A stretch of DNA of 64,000 nt, taken from NCBI RefSeq assembly GCF_009914755.1, contig NC_060931.1; one strand, written 5' to 3'. Source of the DNA: the human T2T-CHM13v2.0 reference genome, Homo sapiens. The notes under the pieces are model-generated. The model searched no databases, had not been told where the DNA came from, and saw nothing but the letters and a program-made list of their open reading frames with translations. This document shows positions 16,480 through 30,300 of this stretch, one piece after another. Numbering within the stretch: the stretch's first letter is position 1; each line of letters starts with the position of its first letter. Both the position numbers and the translations under genes were made by a program.

Positions 16480-16765
16480 TTTATTTGCTTTGTTTGTTGA
16501 GACAGGGTCTCACCCTGTCACCCAGGCTATAGTGCAATGGCATGCTCATGGCTCACTACAGCCTCAACCTCCTGGGCTCTAGCGATCCTCCCACCCCAGC
16601 CTTCCCAGTAGCTGGGACTACAAGTGCATGCCACCACACGAAGCTAATTTTTGTATTTTATATAGACAGGGTTTCGCCATGTTGCCCAGGCTGGTCTCAA
16701 ACTCCTGGGCTCAAGCCATCTGCCTACTTCGGCCTCTCACAGTGTTGCGATTACAGGCGTGAGCC
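16480..16765 (-). mobile_element. AluJ
   Basis: Antisense Alu with cagcctcaacctcctgggctc J-type motif. Confidence 0.85.
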
Positions 16766-17659
16766 TGAAATGAATTACAATATTGCCCAGTCTGGCAGTA
16801 TTATAATGCATTCATTCAACAAATATTTATGACTGCCTACTGAGTACTAGATACTGTCTTAACTACTGAAAATACAGTTAGGCTTAAAATAAATATCCTT
16901 TTCTCTATGGAGCTTAAAATCTAGATCTCTAGCCAGAAGTAATGACTCCAATGTGGTCTACCAAATTAGTAGAGCCCCAATTTATTTGTATTTTGTTTTA
17001 GTTCTTAGAAAGGAAATAAGAAATACATTCCTTTTTTAAAAAGTTTTATAAGGAAGATATTGCCTCTTTTCTGGTAGAAATTTTGCTCTGGCAATAATTT
17101 TGTATGATGCATTTTCATTAGATCAAGAATATCACCCATTTATGCATGAAGGAGGAAAAAATGATAGGCTTTTTATTCTCTAGTTTCTAATATGCTGAGC
17201 TACTAAATTTAGTCTTGTAAAATTATTTTCCACTGAATAAAGCAATTCTTCAGCCTATCCTTTATATCATTTATGTTTGTAGAAGACTTTAAGGCAAAAG
17301 GGGAAATGCTGGCTAATAAGAGAAAGACTGATAGCTAATAGTTATTCAGAACCTACTATCTGGTGAGCTTTAAACACCTTCCAAGTATTAAGTCATTTAG
17401 TCCTCTCAACAAACCTAGGAGGTATAGGTACTCTTATTATCCCTTTGTATCAGATGGGTAGAACTCAGTCTAAGAAGCTAAATAATTATTCCTGGCCACA
17501 AGTGGCAGAGCAAAAATTTAACCCAGGTTCTATAATAGAACCCACAATTTTAACCAACATGCAATACTCAGAACAGTATTTTCAACTTTTTTTTTTTTTA
17601 GCTAGAAACATAAAGCTACTTCTAAAAGCAGCTTTTAAAGAAAGCATAGCATAAAGAAG

Positions 17660-19150
<1,491 letters not shown>

Positions 19151-19175
19151 TTAAATTATCACTTTTTCTCCACAG

Positions 19176-19340
19176 ATCCGTTTTTCAGTCATGGTAACAG
19201 TTTTCATGGTACAGGTGGCCGAGGCAACAAGTTTGCCCAGATGCGTTACAGTTTAAGACTCCTGAGAGCCATGGTCTACCTTGAAGATGAGACTGTAAAC
19301 AAAGATCTTTGTGAAAAGGGAACAATTCAGCAAATGATAG
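19176..19340 (+). CDS. CFAP69: CFAP69 exon 13, DPFFSHGNSFHGTGGRGNKFAQMRYSLRLLRAMVYLEDETVNKDLCEKGTIQQMI
   Basis: tttctccacag|ATCCG ... ATAG|gtaaaa; 165 nt. Confidence 0.95.
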
Positions 19341-20607
19341 GTAAAATATAACATGGTGGTTTACTGATGAAAGAGGAATATTTTTAATAGTAGTAGTTTT
19401 GTTTGAAATGTTTTTCCAAAATTTATTTTGTCTTTATGACTGAGAAATTCCTGAATATTTTCTTGATTTTTGTTTCATATTGTTGCTATAAATTAGTGTG
19501 TCTTATTGAAATATCATACTTACTAACCCTTTAAGCATTTATTTCTTCAACTCAAATATCATTTCATTTAGGATTATCTTTATCTTTTTTTAAAATGGTC
19601 TATTGTTATGTTTTATTCTTTTAGTAATAAAGGTCACCACTTTTGACCAAGGCTTTTGGAGCTATTTTAAAACAGGATAACATGGCATATTCCAATGCAT
19701 GTGTCATAACAGAACACTGGTACATTGGTATTTACAGAAATGTACAGAGGAGTTTCTTTTCTGATATGAAATATCAGAATATCCTTGACTTTTAGCTTAC
19801 ACTTGACTATGCTAGAAAAGAAAATGGAAATTATGTGTATCATAGAAATACTGCATGTGTTACCCTATACGTCATCAATTAGACACTTAATGAGTATCTC
19901 ATAAAATAAGTACACATAAACTCAGTGTAAAATTCAGAACCCCTAAACAAAAGCTGCTTTGCCTTTTGTTATTTAAAAAATAAATAGTTCTCTAGATCCT
20001 TGACTTTGAAAAGAGCTATTTCAGTCGTTCGTATTCAGTGATTGCTTCACTAGTCAATTATATAATCTGCTAGATGTCAATTAATTATAAATGCCTACTC
20101 AAAAAATCTTCTACTTGTTAAATTAAGGTGGTTACTCTTCCATCACTAGTGGAGTGGAGTGGTGCTCTCCAATAATAATAATAATAATATAGGAAATAGC
20201 AGGAAATCAAAGTATATTGAAAAGGAGCTAGGTGAAAATATTTACCTTTTTGCCCAGTTTGTTTGGGATGAACAAACCTGAAAGTACAGTTTATCATTCC
20301 TGTGCACATTCTGTTGCACAAAACTCAGTCTAACTAGAGGAAATCCAGGAAACGTAATCTTTCATATGTCTAGGAAGAATTCTTAATCCTGCCTGCACTA
20401 GGGAATAGGGTAGGGAAAAGGGAAAACAAATAGCAATGGTTTTTTTCTTCTTAGAACCTTTTCCCTTTAACCGGAAAGAAGCTGATCTTTATGTTAAGTT
20501 CTTAGAGGCAGGGACCTTGTCTTATTGAGTCTAACATGGCTGTGTAGTAGTAACGTGCTCAATAAGTAGTAACTAGATTTTAAATGTAAATGTTTATACA
20601 CTTCCTG

Positions 20608-20722
20608 GGTACAGTGTACACTGCTTGGTGACAGGTGCACCAAAATCTCAGAAACCACCAATAAAGAACTTGTCCATGTAACCAAAAACCACCTATTCCC
20701 CAAAAACTATTGAAATAAAATA
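20608..20722 (+). mobile_element. 5'-truncated L1PB-type 3' end
   Basis: gggtacagtgtacactgct...caccaaaatctcagaaa...aaaactattgaaataaaa; 21-bp TSD at 20587-20607 and 20723-20743. Confidence 0.8.
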
Positions 20723-22302
20723 TAAATGTTTATATACTTCCTGTGTAGACACTGGGGTTACAAACATGTATAGAGCAGGACACCAAGGACCTTTTCCTTA
20801 ATGAGAAAATAGAAACTACATGTATCATAGAAAGATAGCATGTGTTAGCCTACACGTCATCAATTAGACACTTAATGAGTAGGACAGAGTAAATGTTACA
20901 GAAACTAAGAGGCTTCGGTAGTTTTCAAGGCTAGGAAGTCTTAGGATTCTGTGAGGTAAAGGTAGTTTAGAGGTGGAAAAGAAGAGAAGGCCTTCAAGCA
21001 AGGAAATACCATGAACAGAGAGACATGGTCCTGAAATATGCATGGTGATGTGTTCAGAACTAGTTTAAGAGGAGCCAAAGTTTTATGAAGATAAATAACA
21101 CAAGATAGGTTAATTGTATAGTCAGAGGCCAAGATGGAATGAGTTTTGAGTGATTGACAGTAGTTCGAACTTCATCCTCTTAAGGCATGGAGAGCCTCAA
21201 AGGGTTTTGATTAGTGAGGTTATATGTACAATGTTATGTTTTAGGAAGAAGAAACTGGGAGAAATAGAATGATCTATAACAAGGAGAGAATAAAGGCAAG
21301 GAGTTGAAGGGTACATAAATATGAGCATTATACTATGTGTTACAGGCAGCAGGGAAATTTTCTGCCTGCACCCAGGTAGGAAGAAGAATGCTATGATCTA
21401 GAAAGAAGAAGCAGAACTATGGCCAGTCAAACTGGATTCCCAGAAGATGTTCCTGATAAAGCGATATAGGCCCCTCTGTCCATGGCATACCCCAGCACTG
21501 GGCCTCCAGCAGGCTCAGCTAGCCTCTCTTAGGGTCTGATCCCCCACCTGTAATTCATCCTAATGGGACCTAGAATAGTCAGTCGCTCAGGGCCAGTTAT
21601 GGAGATAGGCTATGATTTCCATGGCCCTTCTACTTTGGAACATAGCTCCATACTTTCCCACTAATGCCAGTTACCCCTTTAACCGAGAAAAAGTCACTTT
21701 TTTTCTTTATTTAAAGCTTAAAAAAATCCTTTTTGAGGCAAAAGTGTATCATGAATATCATTTCGTCAGTGTTAGTGGCCATCTTCAGTCCTTTTCAATT
21801 TCAACTGGAAGCAAAAGAGGGATTTTAAAGGACATGGAATACTGTTACCTAAAATTGTTTAAAACACCTTCAGTTAGACATCAAGGAAAGATGCAGAAAG
21901 CAATAACAGGAATAGAAAGCACACCTAAAGAGATCTGCCACCTTTGCTTAGAATTGACCCTGTTAACCATGAGGAGAGGAAGAGATTAGGCAAACCACAG
22001 TCAGGAAATTTGGTCATATATTTGCAAAGGCACTCATTTCCTACCTCATGAAACTCTGCATATTTTTAAACCCAGTTTGCTGAGCAAAGTGTCAGGTTAT
22101 TGGGGCATCCTTTAATGACATACTGTTAATTCTGAACTAGAATTTCTATATATGTGAGGCTATGGATTACATTCAGAAATTCTATATATGTAGGTAGGGC
22201 TACTGATTGTATTGAAAGCTCCAGGAATTCATTTATCATCTTCTTTTCACAGCCTCTAGGTTACTATGCAATGAAAATATCCTCTTCTAAAATAGTTTTT
22301 CT

Positions 22303-22458
22303 AGGCTAGGCATGGTCGTGCACGCCTGTAATCCCAACACTTTGCAAGGCCGAGGCAGGAGGATTACTTGAGCTGAGGAATTCAAGATTAGCCTAGGCAA
22401 CATAATGAGACCCTGTCTCTTTATAACAAATAAAAATAAATAAGTAAATAAAATAAAA
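22303..22458 (+). mobile_element. FLAM / Alu left monomer
   Basis: Single Alu arm followed by an A-rich tail. Confidence 0.8.
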
Positions 22459-22564
22459 GTTTCTCTAGCCAAATAAACTTTTTAGAAGAGATTTCCAAAC
22501 AGTAATTGATCAAAATAAAAGTAGTGTCCAATAACTATACAGTCTTTAAATGTTTTCATACCAG

Positions 22565-22683
22565 GAATCTTTAAAAATATAATAAGCAAGCCTAATGAAA
22601 AGGAAGAAGCCATTGTTTTGGAAATCCAGTCTGATATATTACTTATCCTATCTGGCCTTTGTGAGAATCACATTCAAAGGAAG
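22565..22683 (+). CDS. CFAP69: CFAP69 exon 14, GIFKNIISKPNEKEEAIVLEIQSDILLILSGLCENHIQRK
   Basis: ttttcataccag|GAATC ... GAAG|gtatgt; 119 nt. Confidence 0.93.
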
Positions 22684-23073
22684 GTATGTATGCCTGTGAA
22701 AGTTTTGTTCAGGTCTCCCAGTCACCTAACACTATAAACTATTTTTGGAAGTCTCTATAATTGTATTTAATTTTGTGAAAATTTAATATTTTTGTTAATA
22801 ATTAGAGCATAATTATATAAAGTAAAAGGTACAGAATATACAACAGTATACACCCATTTAACTCATACCCCCAATTAAAACAGAGAATATTTCTATCTCT
22901 ATAAAATTTCCTCATCCCATTAGAAGCCATGCCCCTACTCACTTCCAGACAAACTACTGTTCTGTTTTCTATTCCTATAGGTTGGTTTTCCCTATTCTTT
23001 AAGTTTATATCAATGGAATCGCACAATATTTACTCTTTTATGTCTGGATTCTGTCACCCAGCATCATATTTTA

Positions 23074-23424
<351 letters not shown>

Positions 23425-24515
23425 TCATTTCTTTTTATTGCTAAATAGTATTCCATTGTGTGACTATGCCAAAATGTGTTTATCTGTTCCCCTATTGATA
23501 GATAGGCACTTGGGTTGTTTTTATTTACAGCTATAATGAATAAAGCTTCAGTGAATATTCTTGTACTAGTCTTTACTAGTGGGTATAATGCTTTCATTTC
23601 TCTCGGGTAAGTATCTACAATTGGAATTGATGTATCATAAAGTAGGTGTATCTTTATAAGAAACTGCCAAACAGTTTTCCAGAGTGGGCTGTACCATTTT
23701 AAATGTTGTTTGGGGTTTGAATTGGGTTCAAACCCAAAGCCAAAATTTAGAACGAGATCTTAATCCCCTTTTATCTTTTTTAGCTCCATAGTGAACTCTG
23801 AGTCTCAGAGATTGATAATTTAAATGTTAAATAGCAAGGGATGGAATTGGAAAGATAAAAACAAAAAAATGATGGTTTCAATAGATAGATTTTAAGTGAA
23901 CGCCTGTTTAGCTCCAAGCTTTGATGCAATTTCTCATCATATTCTACCACCCTGTGCCTGGGCTCCTCTGGAAAAATAATCATAATCTTGCTTACTGGGA
24001 ACCAGAACTGAACAGCAAGGCAATAAGAAAGGTAATTAGTAAGAGAAAAATATTAAGTGGTTAAAACTTCACAAAAATTATTAAATGTTTTAACTACATT
24101 TATATCTTATTTCTCTCGGGGTCATTAGAAAATCTTGCATGATAGTTCTTACTATCTAAGAATTGATCTGACATAATGCTAGACTGCATTGATTATAATA
24201 TTGAAGAAAATCAAGGTACAAATTTTATGACTTCTTTTAGGAGAAAGGGAATAAAACAAAAAATATCAAGGGATATTATTAAGCTGGCATGTTGATTGAT
24301 GCCCCCTCTTAAAATGATTAATTTTATAATAATTTGTTTTAAATTCCTGAGAACAAGTAAGTACGGTTTTTTAAATTGCAGTAAAAATAGTATTTTTCTA
24401 ACAATGTTGCTGTATTTCTCTGGTAAAAAAGCAATATTAGGGGACCGATAAAGTAGGAAAGGGAGGAATTATTTATTTATTTCAAGAAATAATTTAAAAC
24501 AAATATCTTAAACAG

Positions 24516-24634
24516 GAAATTTTCGGAACTGAAGGAGTAGATATCGTTCTTCATGTGATGAAAACAGACCCCAGGAAGTTACAGAGTGGCTTAGGCTATA
24601 ATGTACTTCTTTTTAGTACATTGGACAGCATTTG
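24516..24634 (+). CDS. CFAP69: CFAP69 exon 15, EIFGTEGVDIVLHVMKTDPRKLQSGLGYNVLLFSTLDSIW
   Basis: cttaaacag|GAAAT ... TTTG|gtgagt; 119 nt. Confidence 0.92.
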
Positions 24635-24672
24635 GTGAGTATTGCTATAATCAAATTAGGTAGACTCACAGC

Positions 24673-25388
24673 AGTCATGCATCACTTTACAACAGTGAGG
24701 ATACTTTCTGAGAAATGTTTCCTTAGGCAATTTCATCTTATGCAAACATTATAGGATGTAGTTACACAAACATAGATGGTATAGCCTACTACACACTTAG
24801 GCTAGATGGTATAGCCTAAAGGCTACAAACTGTATGTCATATTACTGTACTGAAGATTGTAGGCAATTGTAACACAATAGTAAGTATTGTGTATCTAAAC
24901 ATACCTAAACATTAAAAAAGGTACAGTAAGACTACAGAATAAAAGATAAAAAAAAATTCTTAACGCTTGTATAGGGCACTTATAAATGGAGCTTGCAGTA
25001 CCAGTTGCTGTGAGTGAGTCAGTGAGTGAATGGGGAATGAATGTGAAGGCTAGGACCTTATTATACATTACTGTAGACTTTATCAACACTCTACATTTAG
25101 ATTACACTAAACTTACTTTTAAAATATTTTTCTTTTCTCAATAAATTAACCTTAGATTACTGTAATTTTTTTTTTACTTTATAAATGTTTTCATTTTCTT
25201 TATGTTTTTGGCTCTTTTGTAATAACATTTAGCTTAAAATACAAACACATTGTATAGCCATACAAAAATATTTTCTTTCTTTATATTTTTATTCTATAAG
25301 TTTCTTCTGTTTTTAAAAAAATTACATTGTTTTTACTTGTTAAACATTTTGTTAAAAACTGATTCAAACACAAATTAGCCTAGGCTTA
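24673..25388 (-). mobile_element. Tigger3 (Golem/MER7) DNA transposon fragment
   Basis: cagtcatgc terminus and tagatggtatagcctactacac motifs. Confidence 0.75.
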
Positions 25389-25389
25389 T

Positions 25390-26385
25390 GAAAAAATATT
25401 TGTGTGCATATATTTTATTAAACATCATAGATATTTCTGTCCAGTATACACCTAGATGTAAAAATGCCCAGATCTGGGCATTTTTACGTCTGTTCAGCTT
25501 TAGGAGATAATACTAAAAAATTTTCCAAAGTACTTACATCAATTACACCTTTCCCAGTAGTGTGGAGGTTTCTCCTTTTTCCACACCCTTACCAACACAC
25601 TGCGTTGTATCTTTCATTGCAGCCATCCTTATGGACTTGTGCCAGTGTCTCTTTGTAGTTTTAATTTTCATATTCCTGATTGCTAGTGAGTTCATTTGCC
25701 ATTTAAATAGCCTTTTTTTGTGTGAAATCCCTACTCAAGTCTCTTGCTCATTTTTCTACTGAATTACCTATTGTTTTTTAGAGTTCTTTATATGTCCTGG
25801 ATATGAGCCTTTTTCTGTTATATGTTTGTCAAATATATTCTGCCACTCTGAGGCTTACATTTTCACTCTCTTCACTCTCTTTTTGTTGAACAGATAGTCT
25901 TAATTTCAGTGTGGTCCAATTTACCAGTCTTTTTTTATGGTCAGTACTTTTAGTGCCCTGTTTAAACAGTCTTTCCTTACCCCATAGTCATGAAGATCAC
26001 TGCCTATGTTTCTTCTAGAAGCTTTATTGTTTTGCCCTTTACATTTAGACCTACAATCTACCTGGAATTGATTTGTATGTATGGTGTAAGGTGAGGTACA
26101 AGTTTTACTTTTTTTGTATGGTTGTAATTCAATGCTGTTTTTGGATAAACCATCCTTTACCCACTGCTTTGCAGTACCTTCTTTGTACAAATCAAATGTC
26201 CGTATATATTTGGATCTATTTCTAGGCTTTCTGTGCTGTTCTACTGGTCTTTTGTCTATCCTTCTGTAATGTGCTATTTTAATAATTAGGTCTTGATAAG
26301 TCTAGACATCTGGTAGAGTAAGTCTTTCTACGTTTTCCTTCCCCATTAAGATTGTCTTAGCTTTTGCTGACCCCTTGCATTTGGA
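25390..26385 (-). mobile_element. Old L1M ORF2 fragment
   Basis: Antisense degraded L1 ORF2-like sequence (ORF 25921..26190 is a frameshifted remnant). Confidence 0.65.
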
Positions 26386-26388
26386 TAT

Positions 26389-26882
26389 TATATTAGTCAA
26401 GATTCCCTAGAGAGACAGAACCAGTAAGAAAAAAACATAGAGAAAGAGAGATTGAGATTTATCATAAGGAATTGGCTCACACAATTATAAAGGCTGAAAA
26501 GTCCCAAGAACTACCGTCAGCAAGTGGAATACCCAGGAGTACCGATGGTGTAGTTCCAGTCTGAGACTGAAGGCCTAAGGACCAGAAAACCCAGTGTTCT
26601 GAGTGCCAATCTGAAAGCTGGATGCTTGAAGCCCAAGAAGAGCAAATATTTCCATTTGAGTCTGAAAACCTGAGTCCCAGCTCAGCAGTCAGGCAGAGGA
26701 GTTCCCTCTTACTCAGCCTTTGCATTCTGTTTAGATCTTCAGTTGCTTGCATAAGGCCCACCCACATTAGTAAGGGCAGGCTACTTTATTCAGTTTACTG
26801 ATTAAAATGTTAATTACATCCAGAAACACCTTCACAGACACACCCAGAATAATGTTTGCCCAAATCTCTGGCCACCCCAGGG
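26389..26882 (-). mobile_element. MLT2-type (ERVL) solo LTR
   Basis: tattagtc...agagagacagaacca...ggaattggctcac...cacagacacacccagaataatgttt motifs. Confidence 0.78.
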
Positions 26883-26974
26883 GTAAAACCTGGGACCACC
26901 TGAATGGGAGGAGCAAAGCTGATGGCATTTCATATACCAGCCTCTACCCTACTCCTACTTTCTATGCACTATGA

Positions 26975-27088
26975 TGAAACAGGCAGTAGAAACAATGTCT
27001 TTTGAAACAGGCAGTAGAAACAATGTCTTTTCTTTTCTTTTCTTTTCTTTTCTTTTCTTTTCTTTTCTTTTCTTTTCTTTTCTTTTTT
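26975..27088. repeat. Perfect 28-bp tandem duplication followed by (CTTTT)n
   Basis: tgaaacaggcagtagaaacaatgtcttt x2 (26975-27002, 27003-27030); pentanucleotide repeat to about 27088. Confidence 0.9.
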
Positions 27089-27304
27089 AAGGGGAGCTAT
27101 GTTTAGAAAGGGGACACAGGAAAGTGACCACAGCAGGCTTGCAATTTCTGGGAGGAACTGAGAATAGTATCTGTTGCAACCACCAGTGATAGCTTGTTCA
27201 GTCCACATTCCCTATCAGGAAGAAGAGTGCAAGTAGCCCCGGCAGCAGCTTTAAACCTTGATTCCATGTGAGCTGCACAAACCAAAGTAGGCACTTTAGC
27301 AAAT

Positions 27305-30300
27305 TCTTATAGGAAAGGGTTCCTGATCCAGACCGAAAGAGAGGGTTCTTGGATCACACACAGGAAAGAATTCAGGATGAGTCCAAAGGATAAAGTGAAA
27401 GCAAGTTAATTAGGAAAGTAAAGGATAAAAGAATGGCTACTCCATAATCAGAGCAGCCCTGAGGGCTGCTGGTTTCCCATTTGTATGGTTATTTCTTGAT
27501 GATATGCCAAACAAGGAGTGGATTATTTATGCCTCCCCTTTATAGAACATATAAGTTAACTTCCTGATGTTGCCATGGCATTTGTAAACTGTCGTTGCAC
27601 TGGTGGGAGTGTAGCAGTGAGGACAAGCAGAGGTTATTTGTGTCAGCATATTGGTTTTGATGAGTTTTACCTGGCTTATTCACTGCAACCTGTTTTATCC
27701 CCAAGGTCTTCATGACCTGTATCTTTTGCGACCTCCTATCTCATCCTGTGACTTAGAATGCCGTGACCATCTGGGAATGCAGCACAGTAGGTCTCAGCTT
27801 CATTTTACCCAGGCCCTATTCAAGATGGAGTTGCTCTGGTTCAAATGCATCTGACATTTTCCCCATCCCTTTTATAAGAGAAGCCTTAATCCTTAGGGTT
27901 GCAGAGGGATTAAGATCCGTCTTCTGTAACATCTTCAGGCTGAAGAGGGGTGATGATATTCCTGCCTATCTATTAGGGTCTCTTGTGTTCAGGGTACAGG
28001 GGAGCTCAGTCAGAAAGCATTGGTATGTTGAGGGTCATTCATAACTCTTGAGTTCTGACAGAAGGTGATATCTGAAAGAGTAACAATTGAAAATTAATTA
28101 TTGATTAATATTGATAAAATTGAATAGAATATCAATTCTGGTTTTCACATTACCTAGCCCTCTTGTTTCTTCTGAGCAGCAGTCAGAGATCACTGGTTGG
28201 TTCCCAGGAATGAGCAGCGTTAGCCTAAATTGCAGAAACAAACTTGAAAACAGCTGATGAGACTAGAATCTAACAACAGGTGTACCATAGTTCTTGAAAC
28301 ATATTTCTCTCTCCAGTTTCCCATTTATCCTAAAGACAAATTATAATAAGGCCAATTTGCTTTATTATACTTGGCCTGATTATTTGTATAAGGTGCAGCA
28401 AGAATAATTATTTGCCATATGGGCTATTTGAATTGGCTTTGATGGAACTCTGTTCCATGAGGAATCTCAGATAAGACTTTTTTAAAGCCAAGCCCAGCCA
28501 TGGGTTTGTACCCTCACATACCTAAGAGTTTGGTAAATTTCTCTTCTCTTGAGGTCCCAAGATAACTTGGGGCTCCTGGGCCTGTCAGAAAGTGACATTC
28601 TTTACTTACCACAGGCCAGGAACCCTATACAGAGACTGTGTAGACAAAGTATCAAGTTTTCCCAAAGGACTTTTATTGGCTTTACACATCAAGTCTGATT
28701 CCTCAAAGCACACCATTCCAGTCAAAGCCTTAGTAAAATAATCAGTTTCTCCAATTGTGTCCTGTTGCAAAAGAAAACAGATTCTTATTATACTTCTTGT
28801 TGCAAATACCTATATTGCCATAAATTAAGAACACTCACGAATAGTTGTCAAATTCTGGAGAAATTGGGTAGAAAAAACAAATATGCTCCAAATTTTGTTC
28901 ACACGAGCATACTTTACCCAATTGTTAAAAGCTGTAAATAGCTCCAAAGATGAGTTGTCTTGACTCTGGGCGGAAAAAAGGATCAGCAACATTTTAAGCA
29001 ACAAGTTAAAAAAGATGATTTTAGACTTCTGTTAGTTTAGTCCACAAAATTAATTTCTGTTTGATATTCATGAACATTTCAGCTCTCTATGAGAGTTCTG
29101 AAAGGTTTTTTCCTCTATTCAGAGATCACAATCTCCAAAGTTATCAGAAACCTGCATTTAAGAATACCTGTTAGAGTTCTATAGCTGACTATAAACGACC
29201 TTTTGAAGAGGATCAAAACAAAACAATTGTTTGTGGATGACAAAACATCGCACAGTCAAAAACATGATTGACAAAGCAATTTAGTTATCTCAGTGGCATA
29301 CAACGATTTTATGTAGCAATTATAACTATTAGTGACCTATACTAAGTCATATGAGAATTGTAGGCGTTTCCCATCATTTTGGAACACATACCAATAACAC
29401 ATTTATGCAAATATAGCCCAAAGAAAGCTAAATACTGTTTCACATTTGACAATGCTTCCTGTATGATGTTTATACCAAATAAGCCAAATTTTACCTTTAC
29501 ATTAGTGTACTATTAATTTTACACTCAATTCTTAATAAAACCTTATAGACATATCTACCCAATTTTAATGTTTGACCATAAGGTAAGATTCTCATAAACC
29601 TTTTATAACCCTTTACAATTTCTGTTAAAGAGCAGATCATAAACAGGATTTTGCTCCAAGAAAAACCTGTTGTCATTTATGCCAATGTTCAGTTTACAGA
29701 AAAACTGAATAATACCCCTTTAATTTTAGCCAATGGCCACACACAGAATTTCTTTTACAATTTTTTCACAAATCTGCCCCAACTTGCTTAAACCTTCAGC
29801 TTTATCTTATCTAATTGTAAAATACCCTTTAATGTAGGAAAAAAAAATCCACATTCCCATGACTTCTTATAATCTTTTGCCAAAAACACATTTCACTTTC
29901 TTTATACACCTTACATATAAAACTGTTTCTTTAGTAGTCTCAAATACTTGTTACGCTGTTAACTCTTGGCAACTTTTGCTTTTGGCAAAAAGCTTGGTAA
30001 GTTCAGCATTCTAATTATGTACTAGGCATGGAGCCTAGGACCCAGACAGAAGTACAGATAAGGTCTGACTCTTTCCAGCATCTTATTCCATGTGTCCCAG
30101 GCCTTACCTAGCCATAAAGCAGGCAAGTTACAGTAAGAGTCATAGTGGCATTTTATGAAGCATTAAGGGGGCCTAACGACCTTCAAATTGTACAACATTT
30201 CTTGCACAAACTCCCTTTCACTAATCCTTTCACGACTTACATAGACTATGACATGCTTAGACTTTCTGACTTTTCCTAAACATCCCTCTTTTTAAGCAAC

